From assembly GCF_006345805.1 (NCBI RefSeq), contig NC_043019.1, positions 18,909,360 through 18,973,359 on the forward strand: a stretch of DNA of 64,000 nucleotides, read 5' to 3'. The position numbers were made by a program, and so were the translations under genes. This DNA is from Octopus sinensis. Lineage: Eukaryota. This document shows positions 39,210 through 52,749 of the stretch, piece by piece. The notes beneath the pieces are model-generated. The model was given only the letters and a program-made list of their open reading frames with translations. It searched no databases and was not told the origin of the DNA. How positions within the stretch are numbered: position 1 is the first letter of the stretch; every line of letters begins with the position of its first letter.

Positions 39210-39809
39210 CAGGGTGTTTGGGAAATCACTGTGCACTTTTCTAATATTTTGACCCCAATATGGTTTTAACACCTGAAGAACATGTATTTCTAATTGAGCA
39301 CATATTTCAAGAAGGTGGTAGATACACGGATTTGGTGCGACAGCGTTTTCTGATAAATTCTCAGAAACACCTGTTGCTCATCGCAATGCTGTTTGTAACC
39401 TTATTGCTAAATTCTGAGAAATAGGATCAGAGGAAGGTGACCAATATTGTGGAAGACCATCAAAGATATCCGAGGAGAAATTGTTTGATATTTCTGACAA
39501 TATGCAGCAGAGTCCATCAAAACCATTCCAAAAGTTGGTGCAGCAGTAAGATATTGGTCTTGCGACTGCTATAAGGCCTTCGGAAAGGAATTAAAACCCT
39601 TCCCATACAAAGTATTGACAATAAAAGAACTGAAAGCAGCTGACCATGAAAAGTGACAATGCTCTTTGTAAGATGGATGTAGGCCTGTACCCGATGCTAA
39701 AGGACATCACTTTTAAAATGTTGTTTGTTAAATATCATTCAGGTTTTCTATATTGCAACATGTGTATTAAAAAATAATATGAGATTGCGGTGACTTTCTG
39801 AACGCCCTG
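39210..39809 (+). mobile_element. Internally deleted Tc1/mariner-type transposon
   Basis: Imperfect TIRs CAGGGTGTTTGGGAAATCACTG / CGGTGACTTTCTGAACGCCCTG with TA on the left. Degenerate transposase N-terminus FREIGS...CGRPSKIS...SPSK...LKPFPYKV...ELKAADHEK. Confidence 0.7.
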
Positions 39810-40799
39810 TGTCTGCAAATAGCTTTCATAAATGTAAAATGTTGTTTGATCACTTTGACTCATTCTTTAGTTTATTGAGTGCAGAGGAAAAACAGTTTTG
39901 GGTGGAGAGTAGTGTTTGGAATTGAACCAGCACCAGTCAATTACTGGTACATGAATTATTGTCCCTGGTGGACAAGAATGTAATTAAATATCATAAGGCA
40001 TTCAGTTCATCACTAACGTTCCCCTACCTTCCAAGATAGACTTATCTGTTGGCTATTGAGCTGTCGGCACCTTTGCTAAATTTGTTCTAACGACTGTTTC
40101 TAATTATCTTCTGCTTGTTTCAGTCATTGGTCTGTGGCCATGCTGGGGCACCATCTTGAAGGGTTTCATTGAAGAAATTGACACTGGTACTTATTCTATT
40201 GGTCTCTTTTGCCAGACTGCTAAGTCTTGTGGATGTAAACAGACCAACACCAGTTGTGAAGTAAAGCCATTGGTTGGCCCAGGGCTAAAGGAGAAAACAA
40301 CTGCCAAATGTGATGTCTGGTGGGACTGAACCCAAAACCATATGGGGGCAAAACAAGCTTCTTAACCACACAGCTATTGACAGAAACTTATTGGAAAGAT
40401 GATTCTATCATCATCATCATTGCAGGGGCTTTTTGTTGCTGGCATTGTTTGGACATTTCCTCTCCAACACAACATCCTGCCCCTTATAGAGTTCCTTTAT
40501 CTTCTCCTCAGATCAATTCTTGTTATTTCTTCTAATTTGTGAAGTTGTGTGGCTTAATGGTTTGGGTGGTGTTGCACTCACGACTGCAAGATTATGGGTT
40601 TCAATTCCTGGACTGGGCAGTGCATTCTTCTTGAGAAAAACACTTCACTGCCCCAGTCCACTCAGCTGTAAAGGAGAAACCCACCAATGGATTTGCATCC
40701 TGTTCAGGAGAAGCAATGTTGATATTTTTGTCACTTATAAACCCTAAAAACAGGGTTAGTGGCCCTCTGGGCCTTGAGACAATAATTACTGCCACTTAC

Positions 40800-41062
40800 A
40801 TGGTCCGACCGGCCCCTGTCCAACCCAGCTATCATCCTCCATCCTTGATTCATCTCTCTCTCTCTCAATCAGTTCAGTCGTCTCTTTCTTGCACTCAGCT
40901 CGTTTGGGCTGACATGCAAGAGGCCGGCTTCTTCATAATTTTACATTCAGTATTGCTCTCCCTGTTAGGAGGTTGGAATGAAACAATTGGGCAGCACTGT
41001 TTGACCACTGGTCATTTGGTATGACTGGACTGGACATTGTGTCTGGGATCACTGTTTTGCCA
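40800..41062 (-). other. Exon-like segment with strong splice sites, no through reading frame
   Basis: tttttctttctgcatgtcgtttgcctccag| acceptor and CAT|gtaagt donor; 263 nt; stops in all frames; ATG at 40842 opens a frame running to the donor. Confidence 0.35.
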
Positions 41063-41150
41063 CTGGAGGCAAACGACATGCAGAAAGAAAAACATTACAA
41101 TAAACACACGATTGACAAACGTATTACATTGCCTCCCACCAAACACACCA

Positions 41151-41187
<37 letters not shown>

Positions 41188-44100
41188 ATATGCCTGATGT
41201 TAAATAAGTTAGTGTTGGATCAGCAATGCCAAAACATCTCCTGCCTCTTACAGGAATCTGTTTTATGAATCAGTCGTCGTAACGAGACAGAAGGAAAGCA
41301 AAGTTAACCTTGGTGGGATTTGAACTTAGCATCTTTGGCCCTTCTCGCTAAATACTGATTCTGCCATTTTTAACACCTTCTCATCTTCGTGCATCATAAA
41401 CAATCGTTTGACCTGATATCAAAGTTCTGTATTTTTAACGAAATACTTAGATTATCAATGTGCAGAAAAAAAAAAAAAATCCAATTTATTAATAATTGGA
41501 ATCTTTTTGAAGAGGTCAAAAGTAGGGGTTAATGTAGAATTCAATTTTATTCCCTATATCATTTTACTAAGACACAAGGGGTTTAGGGGAGTATACCCAC
41601 CCCAATGTCATTTCAGTTTGGTCTTTATTTACCCAGCAGAAACAATACTGGGTTTTAGACTAATTAGTGTGTGTGTGTGTAAAGGCTTTAGCAGTTTGTT
41701 TGACCAAATCCACGGACAATGCATTGGTCAAGCAGAGGAAAGAGTAGAATGCATTTTCTCAAAGTGCTTCATAGCAAGATTGAACCTAAAGCTGTGTAAT
41801 TTCAAAACTTCTTGACTAAACCCCCCCCCCCCATGTGTGTGTGGTGTTGGGTGGGTGTGGGGTATAAAGTCAGTGGATGTTTTTCCTAAAACTCAACAAA
41901 TCTGGTTAAAACAAAAATGTTGGCCTCTGCATTAAGGTAAATATTAACAATTGTCTCACACCACCACCACAACAACAACAATGATGATGAGAAATGTAAA
42001 CAACAACAACAACAACAATAATTGTTTCTTTAATAATAACACCATTGTTTTTGTTTCCACTAATTAAAGACTGGTACATCTCATTAACAGTTGTTAATTG
42101 ATTCGATTATTAAATAAATGCTTCTGATGTTAGTTGTTGTTGTTGTTTAGCCCCAGGACCGAGCAGACCTATAATCAAAGGCTTTCCTGCTTTGACCATT
42201 CCATCTATTGTACGTATACCATGGACTTTTTTTTTTAATTAAGGGGGTGGGGAATGACTCAAAGATTTGGCTGTTATTTCTAGCATTTTGAGGATGGCTT
42301 GTTCCATCTGCCCCTCGACATTGAATGGTGCCTTGTGGTATTTAGTCATGGACTTCCAAGTCAACTTTACCTTTCGTCTTTCCCCAGTTTTCTCAGCATT
42401 CTTCCGTAAGGATTATGAAATGTCAAGCAAAGAACCATTGTCCACCAAATAAACAGCCTGTAGCACCTGCCTCCTCCTCTTGCTCACATTTCCCTGCTAC
42501 ACTGATGATAAAGTGACCACCACTATGGACAACTTTCCTGGTTGTCTCTTTGTTAGGTTGATTATTGTTGGTTCTTTATGGTGGATTGCTATAATTTAGC
42601 CCCACCCCCATTCAACTCCAATGTCTAGAACTACATTATCTAATGTTTGTTTGTTTTTAAGAATGTTAGGTGTAATATGAGGGAGATTTTGTTGCTATTT
42701 CTTGCAGGTTAAATAATTGAAGGGGAAAAAAAAATTCTCATTGGCCTATAATGAATGTTGTTGTTATTTGTGTTGGTATTAAGAAGAGAGTGTATTTGGA
42801 CGTATAAATGGGAACGGATAAGAAAATTTGGCAAGGGAGCCAAATATTTAATGAGAATTTTTTTATTATTATAACATATCAAAGAAAAAGTGACTGTGTC
42901 CACAGCATTGTTGGTCTCCTCATCTTTAGGCCCCTAATCTCCTCTGCTTCTTGTAGGTTACATTGCAACTTCACTAGTGCTGGTAGCACGCAAAAAAAAA
43001 AGGCACCCATTCAACACTCTGTAATGTGGCTGATGGGCAACCAGCTGTAGGAACCATGCCAAAGCAGGCATTGGAGCAAGATGCAATCCTTGAGCCCATA
43101 AAACCCTGTGAAATAGTCCAACCCATGCCAGCATGGAACAAGGATATTAAATAATAAGGATAATGGTGATGATCTTATGGAATGTCAGAGATTCTTGCTC
43201 TATTTCTGCCCTATTTGACACAAATACATTTTGTTGGTGGACATTTATAATAGCCATGATTCTTTGCCCCCACAATTGAACAAAGGTAGAACTCTGCCAG
43301 ATTTATAAAAGGATAAAATCACAAAGCAACACCAGAAGACAGCAACCTTTAAGGAATGGAAGCCTCAAAGCATCTCAATTTTGAAGTTAGATTTGTTGGT
43401 TACTGATTCTCTCTCATCGGACATCATACAACCAGCCATTCTCTCATACCAGACACTCCCATCCAAACTGAAGTTGACCCTCAATGTAAAGGATTACCAC
43501 AAGAGTATGCCATACCCCCTTTACTCCCACTATAATAATTAGGTTACACTTTGTCACAGGGACAATTTAAAAGGAAAGTGTATTTGATGAAATCTTTCCC
43601 ATTATAAAATTGATCACAGACATGGTGGGATGTGAACCGAGAGCCCGGCGGAGAGATGAAATCACATCAAGTTAGTTAATCAGTGGATCTGCCACTTCTG
43701 GATCACCCCATCTGGAAACTAGCAATGACACGAGTCATGGGGCACAAGGCCAGACATCTGTGAGGAAGTAACGGAGTTTGGACTGAATCAAACATTGCAT
43801 ATAACTGGTACATAATGCTGAAGGAGAGAGGAAGACATCTCGTTTCCTTTATTGCACGTTTTTGAAATTTCTTTGATTCTCTACATATTGCCAATCCCCT
43901 GTGGAATTCCTTTGGAGTGAGGAACAGAAAATTGTGTGAGAAAATATTTTGTTCACTTAAAATCTGTTCAAAATTAAAATTGCATTTGTTGTCCTCATCT
44001 TCCTACCACCAACCTCCCACATCCACCTCAACAACGGGCATGAAAACACCTGTATAATATCATAGGTACAAAGCTTGAAATTTTTATGGGGAAGGGGCTT

Positions 44101-45286
44101 GGTTGACTGGTACTTATCAACCCCAAAAGGATGAAAGGTAAAGTTGACCATGGTGGAATCTGAACCCAGAATGTAAAGGTAGACGAGATGCCCCTAAGTA
44201 TTTTGTCTGGTGTGGCCTAACAATTCTGCCAGCTTGCCATTTTAATAACAACAACAATAATAATGGTCTCAAAGTTTAGCACAAGGCCAGCAATTTTAGG
44301 GGGAGGGGCTAGTCAATTACATCAACCCCAGTATTTAACTGGTACTATGTTATTGATCCCCAAAGAATGAAAAGCGAAGTCAACTTTGGTGGGATTTGAA
44401 TTCAGAATGTTTGGAGAGAAGAAAAGCCATTAAGCATTTGTCCTGCTCAGGAAATGATTCCAAGTTAATAATTTCTGCTATTGGCACAAGGCCTGATATT
44501 TTAGGGAAGTGGGCTAATAATTTCATTGACCCCAATACATGACTGGTACTTATTTCATTGACCCTGAAAGCGATGAAAGGCAAACTCAACCACAGTGGAA
44601 TTTTGACTCAGAGTATAAGGACATGAAATGCTGCCAAGCATCTCGTCCAGCGTGCTAACGAGTCTACCAAGCATCTCGTCCAGCATGCTAACGAGTCTAC
44701 CAAGCATCTCGTCCAGCGTACTAACGAGTCTGCCAGCTTGCTGTCTTCAATAATAATTTCTTGCATAGGCAGAAGGGAAAAGTTGGTCAAATTGCTCAAG
44801 CCCCACCCCCCATTATGCTGTTGAGCTTTGAATGGAGAGAACTGCAAGAAATACTGTAAAACGTTTTGTCCAAAGCCTTAAGGTTTCTTGCCAATCCAGC
44901 CACACGGGTGGGTGGGTGGGTGGGAGTAGAGTTGATTATATTGACGTACCTGAATAGTTTTTTTTATTTCTTATCGTCACTAAAACAAAGAAATATTTAG
45001 ATACTCATATTGTGGAGCTCAAACTGTGCTTGGAAGATATAATCTACCCCCTCTATACACACACACACACACTAACCCCTGACACAAACAGACGAGGATG
45101 TGTGGGTGTATAGCAGTGTGTTCAACTGTGCTCAGATACACAACAGCAAAGCTAATGCTATACATATGCATTAACTGAAGCACATTTCCAGGTGAAAGGT
45201 TGGCATGTATAGACAAATGGGTGCAATGGGATGTATAACAATGGCCAGTGTGTTTATGAAATTTGTTCATTAACTAGACAAAGTGC

Positions 45287-45335
<49 letters not shown>

Positions 45336-45367
45336 ATAGATATACAAACCTCCTCATACATACATAC

Positions 45368-45399
<32 letters not shown>

Positions 45400-45656
45400 A
45401 AAATATTCACAGACACACACACACATACAGAGAGAGAGAGAGAGAGAGCTTTGAGACAGGATTAGGTGAAGGAATGTTGTGGAAGTGAGAGTTGTGATGT
45501 TTATGATTTTCATCTGAAGAAATTAGTCAAGTAACTTTGGTGGTGTTAGAAATTATCAAAAAGATTTAAAGCTTTCCATTGCAAAGTAACGTATATATAG
45601 TTTATACGTGTTTGTGTGTATAAATATATATATACACACACATATGTATATATATG

Positions 45657-45688
<32 letters not shown>

Positions 45689-45849
45689 AGTAGGTGTACA
45701 ACTGCTTAGTGAGGGGAATGTTCTTTCCATTTCTCTATTTCTCTTTTAGAACAAGAATTCTATGATTCTATGTTCTTTTTAATTAATACTTTCTTCTATA
45801 ATAAAATAATTATCCTTAATTTCAGATATTTATTAATTGGCTGGAAATT

Positions 45850-46150
45850 TGACCAGTGATGAACGGAACTGGATCATCAAGCACTACTGAAAAACAGAGA
45901 ATGCAGAAATGGTCAGACAGAACTGGACTGAGAATTTCAAAGACCAGCTCTTTCAAGATTAACAGTTTATAGGACTGGGTCCATCTGCAATGCACAGAAA
46001 AGTAGTTGACCAGTCAGGGTCACTTTTGGAGAAAATGAAAGGCCTGTGGCTGAAGCATTCACTCAAAGACCCCAGAAATAAAAAAAAGAGGGATTCCAAT
46101 GAAGTAAGGATCTCTTGCAGATCAATTATTCTACTTCTGATTTGCTTATC
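45850..46150 (+). mobile_element. Degenerate Tc1/mariner-type transposase N-terminus
   Basis: AGNLTSDERNWIIKHY*KTENAEMVRQNWTENF resembles the N-terminal HTH of this group; stops and frameshifts follow. Confidence 0.5.
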
Positions 46151-47269
46151 TAAAAAGAAACCAAAATGCACAGACCATTCCACTCATATTAAGCAACTGT
46201 ATATCTACTTTTGCTTATCTTTGTGTGTGTGTGTGTGTGTGTGTAAGAATAAGTCTAAGAATGGAGGTTATGTAATATCATCACCTCCATTCTTTGGCCT
46301 TACCATCTTGTAGTTCCCCATTCTTTGGCCTTACCATCTTGTACCATTTTGTGGTTCCACGACTAAGAAATTATCCCCAGTTTATTTGGCCACTTTTCTT
46401 GAAGATAAACTGTCCATTTCTCCCTATAGTCTGTTAACAGGTGTTTGCAGGAGTGAGGACTGCTCGAGGACAGAGCTGAATTTATAAATTACCTTTTATT
46501 TGCAATATATGCCTATATGTGTACACACACACTGATGCATGGCTTCTGTGGTTAAGAAGTTTATTTTGCAACCATCATAGGGTTCCAGGCTCATTGAACA
46601 ATAACCCCAAAAGGGTTCCAGGCTCATTGAACAGGTGCCTGCTACAATAACCCCAAAATGACCAATTCCATTCAAGTGGAATTTCACAGACGAAACCCAT
46701 TTGCAAACCAGTCAAATGCATGTATATAGAGGACTGAAAATATATGTTTGTGTGTGTGTGTGTGTGTGTGTGCGCACTTGTATCGATGTACGTGTTTGAC
46801 ACAACAATGCCAGTTAAAAGAAGGTTTTGAATGGTTTTAATTAATAGTTAAAATGATAAAGTAATTGGGTTGGGTGGGGGCTCACTACGGATGGTTGATG
46901 AGGAAAAATCTCTGAAAGTGATGCCCCAGCATGGCCACAGTCCAATGACTAAAGCCAGTTGAAGAATACAAGAATGTGTGTGTGTGTATATATGTATGTA
47001 TGTATGTATGTACACACATGCATCTACATATGTCTACACACACACTATTTGATAATTGTATCAGTTTAACAACTTTCCCAGTAAGAGTGATTTCTCTTCG
47101 ATCTTTCTGCATTTTCATCTCAATTGGTGTTCACAGTGGTTGTCACAACGTGGAGGGGCTTGACACAAGCTTACGTTTCTGACAACACATGTACACACAT
47201 CAGGGCAGAAATCGTAAGAAATTATCCAGGCTGGAAATGCAAAAATATGGGAATTGGAAATTTAACAAC

Positions 47270-47274
<5 letters not shown>

Positions 47275-47314
<40 letters not shown>

Positions 47315-47358
47315 GTATACACACGTGCATGTACATATATATATATATATATGCATGT

Positions 47359-47389
<31 letters not shown>

Positions 47390-47480
47390 CACACACATAC
47401 ATCTCTACACACATTACTTATGTTTGTGTGCATATATATATGTATACATATATACACACAAACAAATACAATTATATACA
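47275..47480. repeat. Compound (TA)n/(CA)n microsatellite, representative of many in the window
   Basis: Direct reading. Other long tracts at about 23984-24030, 25476-25561, 26511-26555, 45291-45440, 51805-51851, 60470-60527, 61262-61335. Confidence 0.95.
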
Positions 47481-49106
47481 TACACAGACATATACATCGA
47501 GTTTGAGTGTGTTGTGTGATTTTTTGGTGGAACCAAATGAAATGGAGGAATTGGTTGAGTGGTCGTAGTAATAGTAGTAAGGGTAGTGGTAGTAGTAGTA
47601 ATTTTATAAAGTTCACATTTTCATAGTTTTGGTTTAGTTTCATCAAAGTGGAGGGACATTCTCTTAAGTAAGCAGACTTGCAGAGAATGGACTGAAAAGA
47701 GAGAAAAAGAAAAACATGATAACAGTGGAAAGAAAAAGGAAAAAAATAGAATCCAAAATTATTTCGATGTTTATACAATTGGAAATGTTCTCTTTTTGAT
47801 GGTTTTTTTTGGGCAGTCTTCAAATTTAAAAAAATAATTTTGACAATTCTTTATAGTTTGGGTCATCCCTCTATTCTTTGTTTGCGACTTTTTTAAAGCT
47901 TCTATTTACAATTTTTTGGTGCAGATTTTAGTTTTTTTCCTCCTTGTTTAAATTTTTATCAACAGTTTACAAAATGAAGCAAGAATTATTTTCTGTTGGT
48001 GGCCAGAAGAGGAAGGTCAGAATCTGAAAGTCAAATTTTTATAAAAGATTGGATTTAAATTTATTCTATTTTATTTATTTATTTAAATGTCAAACTTGAT
48101 TGAATTTTTTGTTATTTAAACTTGAATGGAAACATTATTTATTTGAATTTTAATCTCATAAAATGTGTTTCAATTTAATTTTCATCTTCTCCACCATCAA
48201 CTGATGGAAAACAATTTTAGTTTTATCAAAATTTGGCTGAGTGGTTTAAGAATTTGGCTTCCCAATCTCATGGTATCAGGTTCAGTCCCACTGTGTGGCA
48301 CCTTGGCCAAGTGTCCTATGATAGGCCATGGGTCAACCAAAGCCTTGTGAGTGGATTTGGTTGATGGAAACCGAAAGAAGCCCATTATATAATATATATA
48401 TGTACATATATATGTGAGTGCATGCCCTTTTGTATCTCCTTGTCTTGACATCATGTGATGGTTGTAAATGAGTGTCTCTGTTATACAAGCAGGGTCAATT
48501 ATTTCTAATATTCTGTGAAAATGTCGTCTGGTGATAGGGAAATAGTACTTTGCTTGGATACAGGAGAGGGTTGGTGATGGGAAGAAAATCTGCCTCAATA
48601 AAAACTCCATCCAACCCATGCAAGCAAGGAAAAAGGGATGTTAAAATGATGATGATGATGATTAATATATTATGTTGAAACATTCCAGTAATTGTGAAAT
48701 GAAATTTGTGTGTTGTTTTCGTTAAGAGTACCATGTAAAGGGGCAAAAAGGGTCAAAAATCCCGGATGATACGAAGGCCAACTGTTTCTCACCACTCTGA
48801 CAGAAAGGCAGACAGGCCAGCTCATTTAGCTGTAAACAGTGGGAGCACTTGTAATTAATGACTGCCATTATTTTGCAGCACTGAATTGAAAAAGGGAAGA
48901 ATAATAAAGAGAGAGAGAGAGAGAGAGAGAGAGTGGTGGATAAAGAAAGAGAAAAGGAATGGGTATTGAAAGAAAGGAAGGACAAAATTCTAAAAGAAAC
49001 CTGAAAATGAAGGCAACATTAGTTGGGTGTGAGTGAACAAGACTGAGCAGACAAGAAAACAAGTGAGAAAGAGCTTAATAAAAGAGTGAAGTTACCATAG
49101 CCGATG

Positions 49107-49223
49107 TCACAAATTGGTGCGACGGGAGTTATCAGTGGAGGGCCAGAGGTTAGTGAACGAGGCACTATCCAGACTGTTGAGGAATGAATCGTTGTCTAAA
49201 GAAATCACATCGTCATTTTGTTC
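49107..49223 (-). CDS. Membrane-protein gene terminal exon
   Basis: ttcattctttgcag|EQNDDVISLDNDSFLNSLDSASFTNLWPSTDNSRRTNL*; phase 0 matches the previous exon. C-terminal T-N-L fits a class I PDZ-binding motif. Confidence 0.8.
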   Translation of the reverse strand, partial: EQNDDVISLDNDSFLNSLDSASFTNLWPSTDNSRRTNL

Positions 49224-49929
49224 CTGCAAAGAATGAATGGGAAAGGTAGGATTTTACATGACTAACACAGCCACAGCAGTTCCATCTTTATGCAGAGACA
49301 TACACACAAACGTAGATGAAGAAAACAGTGAAGAACCGCATGCAATTCAGTGTCTTTGACTTGCCGTAAATATTAGGCGCTGACAACCATTGGTTGATCT
49401 TTCATTATTGACTGCCATTTCAGAATACATGAAAACCACTTCAAGCTTGATCAGCTGCTACAAATACAAACTTCTACAAAGTGTAATCCACATTGAAGTG
49501 TAGCGTACACAAATGTGTTGGTGCAATTGTCAGACATAAACCCTGACCCAGCCAAAAGAAGGCCTTTGGGTCCAGTTGACTGGCAAAAACAGACTGCAAT
49601 CTCTGCTCCTCTGAACTACCAAGTCCACCTTTACCTCAACCTCTCAGTGGAATTCTTTTGGTGTGATGTCCATATTAGGACTCTCTTGCTAGGCTCATTT
49701 ATCTGCAGTGTTACACCTCTCTGAAGCTTCTCTCCATGGTCACCTGTTTTTTCTTTACCTACACAATTTTAAACTGAACCTTCAACCTGTAAAAGGGCCA
49801 ATAAAGGTCATGACCTTTACTCAGAGATCAGTCAAATGCACCAGTTCCATTCAAACCCACATATTCCCACTGTACACATTTGTCAATACTAACCAGAAGC
49901 ACACCCACATACACACCTCGTTCACTTAC

Positions 49930-50051
49930 CCTCGGTGCATCTAAGTGTCCATTGATGTAACTCAGGTTCACATTGTCGTCCCAGTATTCCTTGTAGTGTT
50001 TCGCTGCCCTATTCATGTATTTCCGGTGAACCCAACAGATCAAAGGAATGC
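49930..50051 (-). CDS. Membrane-protein gene exon: end of TM helix and juxtamembrane tail
   Basis: tttttctttcgtcag|GC ATT CCT TTG ATC TGT TGG GTT CAC CGG AAA...CCG AGG|gtaagt = (S)IPLICWVHRKYMNRAAKHYKEYWDDNVNLSYINGHLDAPR. Phase 1 in, phase 0 out; completes a 23-residue TM segment followed by basic stop-transfer residues. Confidence 0.85.
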
Positions 50052-50112
50052 CTGACGAAAGAAAAACACAATTAAGACGAATTAAGGGTTTTTTTTTCTT
50101 TTTTATCTTATA

Positions 50113-50522
50113 GGTGTAGGAGTGGCTGTGTGGTAAGTAGCTTGCTTACCAACCACATGGTTCCGGGTTCAGTCCCACTGCGTGGCACCTTGGGCAAGTG
50201 TCTTCTACTATTGCCTTGGGCCGACCAAAGCCTTGTGAGTGGATTTGGTAGATGGAAACTGAAAGCTCGTCGTATATATGTGTATATATATATATATATA
50301 TATGTGTGTATATGTTTGTGTGTCTGTATTTGTCCCCCCAACATCACTTGACAACCGATGCTGGTGTGTTTACGTCACTGTAACTTAGCGGTTCGGCAAA
50401 AGAGACCGATAGAATAAGTACTAGGCTTACAAAGAATAAGTCCTGGGGTTGATTTGCTCGACTAAAGGCGGTGCTCCAGCATGGCCACAGTCAAATGACA
50501 AACAAGTAAAAGAGAAAAGAGA
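50113..50522 (+). mobile_element. tRNA-derived SINE family A, near full-length (internal (TA)n)
   Basis: GGAGTGGCTGTGTGGTAAG...GGGTTCAGTCCCACTGCGTGGCACCTTGGGCAAGTG...CCAGCATGGCCACAGTCAAATGAC. Homologous pieces at about 1850-2160(-), 25087-25475, 28100-28420, 29730-30200(-), 39030-39150, 40110-40380(-), 48230-48390, 57920-58090(-), 59600-59920. Confidence 0.8.
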
Positions 50523-51800
50523 GTACTCTATTCACTGACAGCATATCTAAGTCCAATTTCTTGGACTTAGGGACCCATTGACTTGACCCTTTTTACGATA
50601 AATTACACCCAAATAGCTTGAAACTAATCTGATAAAGCTATTTTATGTCAAAGAGGTGAGGTTGTTATGATCAAGTCCAAGTCAGCTAGGATCAAGCTGA
50701 CCATACAAGACATTCCAACAAGGCCGACCCTTGGCTAAATTCTTCAATGTGTTTTCTTTCTCCTTAAGTTGGCAGGGATATTTGAGGAAGATGTGGTTGC
50801 TATTTCTAACATATCAAGTACATATGTTGAGGATCCCTGATTGCCTTGAAATTATGTAGAACAAATAACCAAGCTAATATAAAACATATTGAATACAAGG
50901 AGCACTAAAAAAGGCTGAGGAAAATAAGATTTAACAAAGACACAATTCAGAGAGAAGAACAAGAGTGTACAGTGTTGTATGTTTTACTGAGTGGCTCATC
51001 GTTCTTTAGTAAGGTTGGTGAGGATCTTTTCTTCTGAAAAGGTCAGAATAAGACTAACATATATCCAGAGTTATTACGCATACTTGATGGCAAAATGAAA
51101 AATTAATAGTCTTTAGCATTTTTACTTTGCAACACAAAGTGCTGAGATCTATTTGTAGAGGGAATGTGTGGAAGGGGTAGACCCATGAAGACATGGGATG
51201 ATGTGAGAAAGGATCTTTAGATGTTGGGCCTCACAAGAGGGGGGGGGGTGCGCGGTTTGCTGTGCTTGAGAAGACACTTCAAACTAAGTAAATATGTGGT
51301 TGTTCTTGCATCCCCTTTCAGCTGAGAATTCTTAATCTTGCAGGCTTTTTTGTGAAAAGCACCCAGTAAAGTAGTTGGCATTGGGAAGGGAATCTAGCTG
51401 TGGAAACTATGCTGAAGCAGACATGGAGCCTAGACGGCTTTGCAGCTAGCTAGTTCCTGTCGAATTGTTCCACCCATGCCAGCATGGAAAACAGATGTTA
51501 AATGATGATGACTGGCATGGACGCTTTTATGTAGCACCAGCATGGGCACCTTTGCATGACAGCAGCACTTGGAAATCTTCAAGGGATGGACTTCTCAGCT
51601 GACAGGGGAACACAAAGGACATAAAAAAACCAGTTTATATTCATAAAAAAAAGGAGATCAGGATTTTAAGAATTATTATTAACAGCAAATTAATCATCAT
51701 CCCTTACAGTTGGCCTGGTGCAGCCTCCTGGCTTCCCAGACCCCAGTTGAAACGTCCAACCCATGCCAGCATAGAAAACAGACGTTAAAAGATGATGATG

Positions 51801-51850
<50 letters not shown>

Positions 51851-51856
<6 letters not shown>

Positions 51857-52714
51857 TTAGAGATAAAACCACTATTAGGCACCTCAAGCAGTGATAGACA
51901 TAAACCAATACATAAATAACAAAAAATATAAATATAATACAAAATATAAAATTTAAATTTTTAAATTAAAAAAATAAAAATTTTTTTTAAATCAAAAAGT
52001 ATAAAAAAAATATAATATAAGTAAAAATACTACGTACGTTTCATGGCTATAATTAAATTCGAATTAAAATTATAGTCAATCTTCAGGTTAATGATAATAG
52101 TTAAATAAATAAGCAAATAGAGTTAATCAATATTTTTTAAGAAATAAATAAAATAATAATTTTTCTTATAATTAGGTAATTAGATATTGGACAATAACTG
52201 AGTTAACAATATTCGATATTCATGAGTTTATTATGTTTTTTTAAAGCCATATTATATCTTAATAGATAAATACATATTTCTATCTATTTTTTTACCTTAA
52301 AAATAAATATTTAACATAATATATGGGTTGTATGACATAATCCTAATGTTTTAAGTTTCTAATTTAGATAATAGAGTTTTTTTATAACGAAAATTATTAT
52401 TTTATTTATTTCTTAAAAAATATTGTTTAACTCTATTTGCTTATTTATTTAACTATTATCATTAACCTGAAGATTGACTATAATTTTAATTCAAATTTAA
52501 TTATAGCCATGAAATGTACATAGTGTTTTTACTTATTATACTGTATTTTTTAAAATACTTTTTGGTTAAAAATATATTTAAAAATATAAAATTAAAAAAT
52601 TTAAATTTTATATATATATTATATTAATTATATTTATATTTTTTGTTATTTATGTATTGGTTTATGTCTATCACTGCTTGAGTTGCCTAATAGTGGTTTT
52701 ATCTCTAATTTAAT
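51851..52714. mobile_element. AT-rich foldback element at a (TA)n tract, with degenerate hammerhead-like motifs in both arms
   Basis: Arms about 51851-52171 and 52382-52714 are inverted copies (attaaattagagataaaaccactatt... / ...aatagtggttttatctctaatttaat). Each arm carries CTGAAGA-[hairpin]-GAAA-(C/T)GTAC(G/A)-TA. Confidence 0.6.
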
Positions 52715-52749
52715 TTAATTTATATTTATATTTATACTGTGAAATTCGG

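Noticed and set aside
44632-44735. Three tandem 33-bp units resembling a CRISPR-like array
   Set aside because: No spacers; it is a local triplication of a SINE family B head segment in a eukaryotic genome.
47124-47823. Long ORFs of 79-207 aa rich in Y/I/T/H/C/V
   Set aside because: Translations of (TA)n/(CA)n microsatellites; likewise the ORFs around 31104-31703 and 13464-14196.
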